Shown here one piece after another: positions 24,001-31,126 of a stretch of 31,126 nucleotides of DNA (the first letter of the stretch is position 1; the number at the start of each line of letters is the position of its first letter). The notes beneath the pieces are model-generated. The model was given only the letters and a program-made list of their open reading frames with translations, did not search any database and had not been told where the DNA came from. Position numbers and translations under genes: made by a program. Source of the stretch: a virus. Its lineage: Duplodnaviria > Caudoviricetes. The DNA lies in IMG/VR virus record IMGVR_UViG_3300046788_000279, positions 1-31,126 of that record; one strand, given 5' to 3'.

Positions 24001-25005
24001 CTAAGCCAATACCATGACACGCGCCTGCACAGCACCACCGACCGGTGGCGCGGGCGCTGCGGTGGCTTCGGCCACGATCGCACTGAGCGGCAGCGCGAAC
24101 GTGCTGGTGCCAGTCTGCCATACCACGGCGGAGCCGATGCCGGCGCGGCTGGCGGAGAGCGCGTAGGCGGGGCCCGTCGGCGGCACGATCCCCAGCGACG
24201 CCCATTCCTCGATGGCGATCTGGGTGAGTTGCAAGGCCGGCGCAGTGGGTGCGCCCCATTCTTCGATGGCGACCTGCGTGAGTTGCAAGACCGGTGCGGC
24301 AGAGACCCACTGTTCGACAGCGAGCTGGGTGGTGAGTGCAGAAGTGTCTGTAAATGGCGCGGTCGGTGGGGTGAACGCACCGCCATAGCGCGCGGTGCCT
24401 TTGGTGATCCGCACCTCGTCCATAATACCTGTGAGACCTTGGGCCGAGGTGTCGTTACAACCTATGTTCACATTGCGCGTCGAAGCAAAGAACGTGACGG
24501 CGGCGGTTGCCGAGGCGATTACCACGCCGTTGGCATAAACCCGCAGCACGTTGGAAGCGTCACGATCGACCGCGTAGTGTATCCAGGTATTGAGTGTTGG
24601 TGTGTAAGCGGCGCCGGGGCCTGGGTTGTCCGTCCCTGTCGTGCTGTAGAAGAACGTCAACTGGCCGCCGACCATGCCGAAATACCAGCCGATATTGGTC
24701 GATGCTCCACCGGGCCACTGCGTCAGGAAAGCCTGTGTGCCGGCACCGGGCGCCACCGTATAATAAACCCACGCCTCGAGGGTGAACTGTCCAGCCCCGA
24801 AGTTGAAATCGGCGGAATAGTTAGCTTCGATCCTGGTGCCTGATCCAGCGGTGAAACTCGTGCAGCCGGTGCCGAACTTGGGGTTTGTGGTGCTGACAAG
24901 GGCAGTATTGCCGACATTCGTCAGCGTGTGCGCGCTCGGCGAAACATCGGTGAATGTCGTCGAGCCGTTGGTGCCATCGAAGTGGCAGAGAAGAACGACC
25001 GGCAT
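24001..25005 (-). CDS. LamG/concanavalin A-like domain tail protein
   Basis: VVLLCHFDGTNGSTTFTD, FTLEAWVY, NTWIHYAVDR, LRVYANG, GIMDEVRITKGTARY...FTPPTAPF; C-terminal triple (T/L)TQxAxE(Q/E)W repeat. Confidence 0.88.
   Translation of the reverse strand: MPVVLLCHFDGTNGSTTFTDVSPSAHTLTNVGNTALVSTTNPKFGTGCTSFTAGSGTRIEANYSADFNFGAGQFTLEAWVYYTVAPGAGTQAFLTQWPGGASTNIGWYFGMVGGQLTFFYSTTGTDNPGPGAAYTPTLNTWIHYAVDRDASNVLRVYANGVVIASATAAVTFFASTRNVNIGCNDTSAQGLTGIMDEVRITKGTARYGGAFTPPTAPFTDTSALTTQLAVEQWVSAAPVLQLTQVAIEEWGAPTAPALQLTQIAIEEWASLGIVPPTGPAYALSASRAGIGSAVVWQTGTSTFALPLSAIVAEATAAPAPPVGGAVQARVMVLA
24201..24335. repeat. Three ~51-54-bp repeats encoding TQ(L/V/I)A(V/I)E(Q/E)W
   Basis: CCCATTCCTCGATGGCGATCTGGGTGAGTTGCAAG at 24201, a near copy at ~24255, and a weaker third copy at ~24306. 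Confidence 0.8.
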
Positions 25006-25009
25006 CGCG

Positions 25010-26512
25010 CTAGGCCGTCACAATCGGGCCGATCGTCACGCTATTCACCGCCGTCGCGGTCCAGGCCGCGCTGGTATTTGGATCGACCGTATCGGTGCGC
25101 CACAGCCAAGCCCAGTTGGTGCTCAGTGAGGTTGATGGGCTCTGTACCGTGGCAGCGCCGCTCTTGAGCTGCACCGCGCCACTGCGAGCGCCGGCATCGG
25201 ACTTCTCAAGGTAGCCACGCGTGGTGACCGCAATCACCGAGGCCGGCGTCGAGGCAATGGCGGCGATGTTATAGAAGTCCGCGTCGCCGACCGTGCCGTC
25301 GTAAACATACGTCGTCGTGCCGTCATAGAACGCCTCGCTGACGAAGTCCGCGTTGTTGGTCGGCGTGATGTTGATTGTGGAAGTCACTGGGTATTGTCCC
25401 GAGGACGTGACCGGACTGGCGCTCGGGAAGCTTGCGTAGGCGACAGCCGAGCCGAGGCGCCCGATAGTGCCGGAGGCAGTCGGGCAGTTAAAAGTCGCTG
25501 TGACGTCGTGGCTGACACCAAACCAGTAGATCGTGCCTTTGGTGACCGCGACCGGCGTGCCGAATGTAAACGTGTTGTTGCCGAGCACTGGGTTGACGAC
25601 GATGGTGGCCGATCCGAGAACGGCGGCAGGACCAATCGAACCGGGAGCGGCGCCGGTCGTATCGGCAAAGATCGACATCTTGCAGTTGCCGGTGAAGCCG
25701 GTGTTAAGGTTGGCAAGGATGCTCCCGATTGTGCCGGTGACGGTGGGCGTGAAGGGGGAATAGCGAGCCGTGGCGGTCGCGTCGGTTCCGGTGGTGCTCG
25801 CTGCGGAGGTTATCGGTGTCGGGTTCGGGGCTGATGCGAACTGCGCCGAAGATATCGTGCTCGGCATCCGCACATAGCAACGAATGTCACCCACCCACGG
25901 CACAGCTGAGGCGTCGCTGCGCCACAGAAAATCATCAAAGAATTGAGCATTCACACCGCCGCCGGTATACATGCCGACGCCGACCCGGTTGCAGTAGTTG
26001 TTGGCTGAGCCGGCGCGCGTGTTCAGGGAGCCCAGCGTGAAATCGTTGGCGGGGTTGCCGTTCTTGCGGACAGTAAACGAGCCTGTGGTGTTGTTGACCA
26101 CCACTTCAAGCTCAAACGAATACCAGACGCCGGAAACCGTATACGCGCCGGTATAGGTCGCCAGTGCCGCACCAGCTGGCGTTCCCGAATAAAGCACGAT
26201 CGCTCCATCCTGCCGAAATCCGATGCAGCACTGATTGTTGGCGCCGTCCATAAGCTGGATTGTCATGCCGATCGTCGTACCGCCAATGCTGGCACTCTGC
26301 ATGAAGGCGACGTTGAACTTATGCACCGCGTCGTTGACGTTGCTGGCCTTGAACAGAACGCTGCCGTTACCGCTGCCTATTTGCATACATTTGCTGTTGG
26401 CAAACCGGCCAACCGCGAGGCTCCAAAAACTAACGCCGCTATCCCAATACCCCAGCAAGGGGTCGCCGACCGCTGCGTAGAGATCGAAACTGTCACCAAA
26501 GGTCCATGCCAT
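25010..26512 (-). CDS. Tail appendage protein with N-terminal lectin-like beta-sandwich
   Basis: MAWTFGDSFDLY; VWYSFELEVVVNNTTGSFTVRKNG; FDDFLW; C-terminal DPNTSAAWTATAVNSVTIG; lies within the tail cluster. Confidence 0.75.
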   Translation of the reverse strand: MAWTFGDSFDLYAAVGDPLLGYWDSGVSFWSLAVGRFANSKCMQIGSGNGSVLFKASNVNDAVHKFNVAFMQSASIGGTTIGMTIQLMDGANNQCCIGFRQDGAIVLYSGTPAGAALATYTGAYTVSGVWYSFELEVVVNNTTGSFTVRKNGNPANDFTLGSLNTRAGSANNYCNRVGVGMYTGGGVNAQFFDDFLWRSDASAVPWVGDIRCYVRMPSTISSAQFASAPNPTPITSAASTTGTDATATARYSPFTPTVTGTIGSILANLNTGFTGNCKMSIFADTTGAAPGSIGPAAVLGSATIVVNPVLGNNTFTFGTPVAVTKGTIYWFGVSHDVTATFNCPTASGTIGRLGSAVAYASFPSASPVTSSGQYPVTSTINITPTNNADFVSEAFYDGTTTYVYDGTVGDADFYNIAAIASTPASVIAVTTRGYLEKSDAGARSGAVQLKSGAATVQSPSTSLSTNWAWLWRTDTVDPNTSAAWTATAVNSVTIGPIVTA

Positions 26513-26514
26513 CG

Positions 26515-28749
26515 CTAAACCCTCGCCGCAAGTACGGTAATACCCAAATCGCTGAGCGATGCGTCCTGTGTCGGTGCGACGATCTGCAGCACATCACCGA
26601 CCGCCAGTGAGCCGCCTGTGCCGGCCAGCGTGCAGCTGGTGTTCGAGGCGCTGGTGACCGTCACTGTGCCGAGCGCAGTCGTCGCACCAGCCACCGTGAT
26701 ACGGTTCACCGTGAACACCGCACTCGCTGTCGTTTTGGTGGTGTCATACACGACGGTCCCTGCCAGGGCGGATGGTATCGTCACCGCGAACGCCATCGGG
26801 ACATTGACCACCGCCGCCGTGCTCGGTTTCCCGGAGAACGGGAAACTAATCGGCAGCTGCTGAACTTCCGTTGGCAGTTGGAGATAGGTCGCCACGCCAG
26901 TGAGCGAGGAGAACGCCTGCGCCGGCACCGCTTTCCATGTCCCGTCGCCACACCAGAACGTCGTGCCGCTTGCGCCCGTGCCGCCAGCCAGTCTCGCTAC
27001 CGCCAGATTGCCGCTGGTGATGTTGGTCGCGTTGGTGGTGTCGAGGGTCGCCGATGGCGCGAAGGCGGTGCCGTTGGTCTTGGTGACCGTCAGAGCCCCC
27101 GCCGCGCTCAGCGTTGCGTCGCTGGTCATCGTCTTGGACTGCGCTGTCGTGCCGTCCATGATGAGGATATTGCCGGCGGTCGCTGTCATCGCGCCGAGCG
27201 GCGTGCCGTTGAGCTTGGCCACCGCCGGGCTGGGGTAGGTGCCGCTCAGATCGCCACCAGCTGTGCCAGATGGCGCGCCACCCGTGGCAGATAGATTGCC
27301 GCCCGTGAGCGTCAGTCCGGAGCCGAGTGTGTTGACCGTGCCGGCGTTCCACTGCACCGACAAGGTGCCAGTGGCGGTGATCGGGCCACCGAAGATGCCG
27401 GGACTAGTCGTGGCGATGCTGGTGACCGTGCCGCCACCACCGCTCTTGGTGCTGCCATTGGCGATCGCAGTGATGCGACCGTCGGTCGTCACCGTAAGGT
27501 TGGTGTTGGTGTAGGAGCCCGCCGTGATGCCGGTCGTGGTCAGGGTGGGGTTCGGGTAGGTGCCCGTCAGCGAGCCGCCTGCGGGCCCTGTGGGCGAGCC
27601 CATAGCCAGGGCGGCACCATTGGCCGCCGCGGTCACACGGCCCTTGGCGTCCACCGTGATGGCGGCGTTGGTGTAGCTGCCGGCGGTGACCGTCGTCGTC
27701 TTCAGCGTCGGGCTCGGGTAGGTGCCGACCAGATCGCCACCCGCCGCGCCGGTCGGCGCAGTGCTGCCGTTGGCTGCGGTGAGGAGGCGTCCTTTGCTAT
27801 CGCAAGTGATGTTGGCGTTCGTGTAGCTGCCGGCAGCGACCGAGGTGACCGCCAGAGTAGGGTTCGGGTAGCTCCCAGTCAGATCGCCGCCGGCTGGTCC
27901 GGAGGGCGCCGAGGGCGCTAGCAGCGCGCCGTTGGCCAATGCGGTAATGCGCCCGTCAGCACCGCACGTCACCGTGGCATAGGTGTAGGTGCCGGCTGCG
28001 ACGCCGCTGGCCGCAATGGTGGGGTTGGGATAGGTGCCCGCCAACGACCCGCCGGCAGGCCCGATCGGGAAGGACGGCGGAAGGGCGGTCTTGGTGTCGA
28101 CATACTGCTTCGTCGCGATGCCGAGTGCGGTCGTGGGATCGGTCGCTACCGTCGCGGTGCCGCCGGTAATGCGCAGCCCGTTTGGCAGCACCAGCTGGCC
28201 GGTGGCGCGCTCCACCCGCAGCGTGGCATTGCCCACGCCATCGAGCGGCGCACCATTGTCGGCGTAGCGGAATAGCGAGAAGTCGCTGCCGACGTTGCTG
28301 CCGCTCTCCGGCCGGGTGTCGGGGAGCTGCAGCTGCCAGCGATACACTCCGGCACGCGTCGCCGCGATCGCTCCGGCGGCTCCGGCAGGCGCCGACAGAT
28401 AAACCCCAGGCCAGGGCGTGTCGGGGTATGCCACGGTGGAGGTGCCGATGAGATTGAGCACCGGGCCGATGGTGTCGGGCGGTGCGTCGTACTGGATCGT
28501 GAGGGCGCCGGTCATCGTGCCGCCCGAGGCCGGCAGCACCTGCACCCAGCTGGCATTGACCCGGCCATACACGATGCCGTCGCGCGGGGCGTCGTCGACC
28601 AGACCGCCGATCGCCGCCTGGATCTGCCCGAGCGACATCTGCCGTGTGTGCGGTGTCTGCCCAGGCTGCCACGCGGCGACGGTGTCGCTGGTCGTCGGGG
28701 TGACGGCGTACGGCAGATCACCGACGCGTTCGACGAGGGTCTCGCTCAT
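26515..28749 (-). CDS. Tail fibre protein with repetitive shaft
   Basis: [16 protein letters not shown] and GGTMTGAL motifs; ATKQYVD; 4-5 repeats of G(P/A/T)AGG(S/D)LxG(T/S)YP(N/S)PT...V(T/A)AGSYTN.NITVD.KGR.TAAANG; [11 protein letters not shown]; C-terminal beta domain. Confidence 0.88.
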   Translation of the reverse strand: MSETLVERVGDLPYAVTPTTSDTVAAWQPGQTPHTRQMSLGQIQAAIGGLVDDAPRDGIVYGRVNASWVQVLPASGGTMTGALTIQYDAPPDTIGPVLNLIGTSTVAYPDTPWPGVYLSAPAGAAGAIAATRAGVYRWQLQLPDTRPESGSNVGSDFSLFRYADNGAPLDGVGNATLRVERATGQLVLPNGLRITGGTATVATDPTTALGIATKQYVDTKTALPPSFPIGPAGGSLAGTYPNPTIAASGVAAGTYTYATVTCGADGRITALANGALLAPSAPSGPAGGDLTGSYPNPTLAVTSVAAGSYTNANITCDSKGRLLTAANGSTAPTGAAGGDLVGTYPSPTLKTTTVTAGSYTNAAITVDAKGRVTAAANGAALAMGSPTGPAGGSLTGTYPNPTLTTTGITAGSYTNTNLTVTTDGRITAIANGSTKSGGGGTVTSIATTSPGIFGGPITATGTLSVQWNAGTVNTLGSGLTLTGGNLSATGGAPSGTAGGDLSGTYPSPAVAKLNGTPLGAMTATAGNILIMDGTTAQSKTMTSDATLSAAGALTVTKTNGTAFAPSATLDTTNATNITSGNLAVARLAGGTGASGTTFWCGDGTWKAVPAQAFSSLTGVATYLQLPTEVQQLPISFPFSGKPSTAAVVNVPMAFAVTIPSALAGTVVYDTTKTTASAVFTVNRITVAGATTALGTVTVTSASNTSCTLAGTGGSLAVGDVLQIVAPTQDASLSDLGITVLAARV
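27228..28062. repeat. Fibre shaft repeats (~150-175 bp period)
   Basis: GGTAGGTGCC/GGTAGCTCCC-type cores at ~27235, 27555, 27716, 27866 and 28028. Confidence 0.8.
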
Positions 28750-29297
28750 GACCCGACCGAGAGCAGGTCGGCGTTGTCGTCGCCGATCAGGACGCCTGCA
28801 TCGTCTACCAGGAACGGTGGCGCATCCGACGGGCCGATGTTCAGCATGGTGTTCTCGATCGGCGATCCGATGGTGCCACCGACACCGTGCGGCAGGGCTG
28901 GTGTCAGCCGGATGATGTTGCCCTCGATGCCGGTGATCGTCGGGAAGTAGTTCTCGCCATTATCCAGCATCAACGCGACCTTGTCGTTGACAGTGAACCC
29001 CTCCGCGGTGTCGACCTGCACGAAGTGGGTCAACCGCGGCGCATAGGTGGTGACGAACGTCGCAACAACGACGAAGCGGTTCGGCTGGCGGGGCCGCGCC
29101 TCGGCGATCGACTGGTCGTCGGCGATGCCGCGCACGAAGTCCTGCGGATGCTGCGGCTCCCAGCGCTTGGCATCTACCAGGAGACCGCCGGTCTGCCCGC
29201 CTGGGATCTTGCGCGCCTGACTGTGCTTCAGGCGGAAGCCTGAGATGTCATCGATGACGTTGTAGTCGCCGGGTTTGTACCATGTGCCGTACGGCAT
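28746..29297 (-). CDS. Conserved podophage virion-operon protein with C-terminal beta-barrel extension
   Basis: [15 protein letters not shown]...[23 protein letters not shown]...RP motif; GAGG RBS; ATGA-coupled to the fibre gene. Confidence 0.75.
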   Translation of the reverse strand: MPYGTWYKPGDYNVIDDISGFRLKHSQARKIPGGQTGGLLVDAKRWEPQHPQDFVRGIADDQSIAEARPRQPNRFVVVATFVTTYAPRLTHFVQVDTAEGFTVNDKVALMLDNGENYFPTITGIEGNIIRLTPALPHGVGGTIGSPIENTMLNIGPSDAPPFLVDDAGVLIGDDNADLLSVGS

Positions 29298-29301
29298 AGC
29301 G

Positions 29302-29478
29302 TTACCCTCTTAGGATGAAACCGAAGACGCGCCAGCCGATAAGAAACAACAAAACGAACACCCAGATGCCATTGAACCGCGGCACATGCGGGCTGCCGGA
29401 ATACGGTCCCCAGTAGCCACCGATGTAGAAGATGATGGCAAGCAACATGAGCAGCCAGAACAGGAACCCGATATCCAT
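29302..29478 (-). CDS. 58-aa two-TM membrane protein (absent from the ORF track)
   Basis: ATG directly follows the upstream TAA; MDIGFLFWLLMLLAIIFYIGGYWGPYSGSPHVPRFNGIWVFVLLFLIGWRVFGFILRG; exactly fills the gap between neighbours. Confidence 0.8.
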   Translation of the reverse strand: MDIGFLFWLLMLLAIIFYIGGYWGPYSGSPHVPRFNGIWVFVLLFLIGWRVFGFILRG

Positions 29479-29661
29479 TTAGAGCGGCCCTCCGCGACCG
29501 AGCAGCAGCCACACCAGCAGCACGATCAGGATGATCCCGACAATGCCGACGCCGCCGTAATGCGTCGGCCCCCAGCCGTAGCGTGGGCCGAGGTAAACGC
29601 CGCCGCCGCCGAACAGGATAACGATCAGCAGGATCAACAGGATCAGCCCCAGCAGTGACAT
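29479..29661 (-). CDS. DUF3309-like small two-TM membrane protein
   Basis: ILLILLIVILFGG...YGWGP...GGVGIVGIILIVLLVWLLLGR pattern; GAGGA RBS. Confidence 0.8.
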   Translation of the reverse strand: MSLLGLILLILLIVILFGGGGVYLGPRYGWGPTHYGGVGIVGIILIVLLVWLLLGRGGPL

Positions 29662-29671
29662 CGTCTTATCC

Positions 29672-30112
29672 TCAGCTCTGCGGGATACCTTTGCTGCATT
29701 TTAGTATGATTGTGTAACCGCCGTTGGCGACCGCGGCGGCTGTGGTGAAGTCGATGCTGCCGGTGATCCCCGCGACACCGGTTGGTGGCGTGAAGCCGCC
29801 GAAGCCGCCGCGGTTGGCGTCGAGGAACTGCCAGTTGTCGCTTTGGCTGAGCACGAAGATGTCGCGGTTGGTCGTCGCGTGCCACTGCACGCGCAACACC
29901 ATCCCCGACACCGAGAACCACACCGAGACGATCTGCAGGTGGATGCCGGGATAGAGGGTGTTGCCCTGGAACACGAGCCCGTAGGGCCCGGTCGAGGTGG
30001 CATCGATCTTGGTGACGCCAACCTCGCCCGTGGCATCGGACAAGCTAGTGAACTTGGCCACGAGGAAGCGCGGCCCGTTCTCCAGTATCTGACTGGAAAC
30101 TAAATCAGCCAC
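29672..30112 (-). CDS. Conserved virion structural protein (head-operon accessory)
   Basis: GAGGAGG RBS, GTG start; MADLVSSQILENGPRFLVAKFTSLSDATGEVGVTKID...TGSIDFTT...YTIILKCSK pattern seen downstream of capsid genes. Confidence 0.75.
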   Translation of the reverse strand: MADLVSSQILENGPRFLVAKFTSLSDATGEVGVTKIDATSTGPYGLVFQGNTLYPGIHLQIVSVWFSVSGMVLRVQWHATTNRDIFVLSQSDNWQFLDANRGGFGGFTPPTGVAGITGSIDFTTAAAVANGGYTIILKCSKGIPQS

Positions 30113-30122
30113 GAGTGCCTCC

Positions 30123-31064
30123 TCAGGCCTGGAAGACCCCGAACATGCCTTGGTTGATGCCGAAGGTCGGGTTGGTCATCTGCGGTATCCACGGGCGCTG
30201 GAACAGCGTTAGCCGCTTGGCACCATCCGTGGCGCTCGGGGGTATCCAGGTGCCGCAGGTGTCGCCCAGCAAGTTGGTCGACGGAATGGTCGTCACGCCG
30301 GCCACGAACGTGCCCACGCCATACAGCACGGCGTTGTTGAAGAAGCCGTAGAGCTGGCTCTGCTGTGCGGCATAGAACGGCAGCCCGATGGTGTCCGAGG
30401 TGCCGATCGACACGTTGGAGCCCGACAGCGTGCCGGTGCACACCGCGCTGAGCAGCGCCTTGAACGCCTTGGTCGAGGTCACTGGGACCGCGTTGCCCAT
30501 CGTCAGCCGTTGCGTCATGAGGTAGCCGTACTGATCGACGCCGGTCAGCAGGATCGTCGCGGCGCTGTCGTTGCCGACGCTGCTGACGGTGATGCAGCGT
30601 TCGATCATGGTGGCGCTGTCGTAGGCGTAGGCCTGCTGCTTGCCGAAGCCGAACCGCTGGTAGACCGGGATCGCCTGCACAAAGCGCCCAGTGATCGGCA
30701 CCAGCTGCCCGCCGGGGAACATCTGCGTCGGCGTGGTCGGCACGATCACCCCAGCGCCGGAGGCGACGACCAGGGTCATTGGCGTACCGGCGACCGGGAC
30801 TTGCGCCGCTGCGAAGGCCGCGGCTGCCAGGGTGGCCGGCACCACATCGAGCACCGGGTAGAGGCCCGGGTCGGGCCAGCCGATCACCTGCGGCGCGAAG
30901 GCCGAGGTGCCGGTGTTCCACAGCCAACGGCTGTCCTGGATACCCATGCCGGCGGCATCGAAGGACATCGACACCGCGGGTGGCTGGCTGGCGCCCACGC
31001 GCGACCCTGGCGGGTTGCGCCCCATCACGCGGTGGGCGGGGGCGTAGAGTGCGGTGCGTGCCAT
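30123..31064 (-). CDS. Putative capsid decoration/head accessory protein
   Basis: AAAGGA RBS; RCITVSSVGNDSAATILLTGVDQYGYLMTQ...TSTKAFK...SIGTSDTIGLP...GDTCGTWIP..ATDGAKRL; position at the head end of the operon. Confidence 0.65.
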   Translation of the reverse strand: MARTALYAPAHRVMGRNPPGSRVGASQPPAVSMSFDAAGMGIQDSRWLWNTGTSAFAPQVIGWPDPGLYPVLDVVPATLAAAAFAAAQVPVAGTPMTLVVASGAGVIVPTTPTQMFPGGQLVPITGRFVQAIPVYQRFGFGKQQAYAYDSATMIERCITVSSVGNDSAATILLTGVDQYGYLMTQRLTMGNAVPVTSTKAFKALLSAVCTGTLSGSNVSIGTSDTIGLPFYAAQQSQLYGFFNNAVLYGVGTFVAGVTTIPSTNLLGDTCGTWIPPSATDGAKRLTLFQRPWIPQMTNPTFGINQGMFGVFQA

Positions 31065-31126
31065 TAGGTTGTCCTTTCAGCGCACAGAGTGCGGGGCAGA
31101 AGGAGGGTGAGGGGTCAGCGGGCGCG

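Noticed and set aside
7848-24003. HNH genes as parts of group I introns or inteins
   Set aside because: All three lie between intact genes with little flanking non-coding sequence; no room for a ribozyme core and no intein motifs.
24201-28062. CRISPR-like arrays in the periodic repeats
   Set aside because: Repeats are degenerate, in-frame protein repeats without identical direct repeats and unique spacers.
1-31126. tRNA, rRNA, integrase/att, IS elements or exosortase
   Set aside because: None recognised by eye; intergenic gaps are short. tRNAscan/Infernal were not run.

Overview
A GC-rich tailed-phage or prophage segment, probably from an alphaproteobacterial host (inferred from gene families; no integrase, att site, terminase, portal or major capsid gene is in the window). 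The left arm (1-6950, + strand) carries an accessory block: a partial beta-helix protein, three signal-peptide/PEP-CTERM surface proteins and small ORFs. It then has an early/recombination block: a coiled-coil protein, a DEDDh exonuclease-like protein lacking catalytic residues, and a putative single-strand annealing protein. The right arm (6954-31064, - strand) is a P22-like podovirus virion operon. In transcription order it encodes head accessory proteins, two small membrane proteins, several tail fibre/LamG appendage proteins, a gp4-like adaptor, a gp10-like tail hub, a gp26-position protein, a GNAT, three ejection proteins (one with a transglycosylase domain) and a tail-collar fibre. Three HNH endonuclease genes interrupt it. 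Most unusual features: (1) the gp10-like hub is split inside an inserted lectin-like domain, and its missing C-terminus is encoded twice, by two alternative downstream genes, one carrying extra adhesin-like domains; (2) the gp4-like adaptor is a tandem fusion of two adaptor domains; (3) the phage encodes three substrates for a host exosortase; (4) the hub gene appears to need an ATT start codon. All family assignments are from motif recognition by eye; no searches were run.
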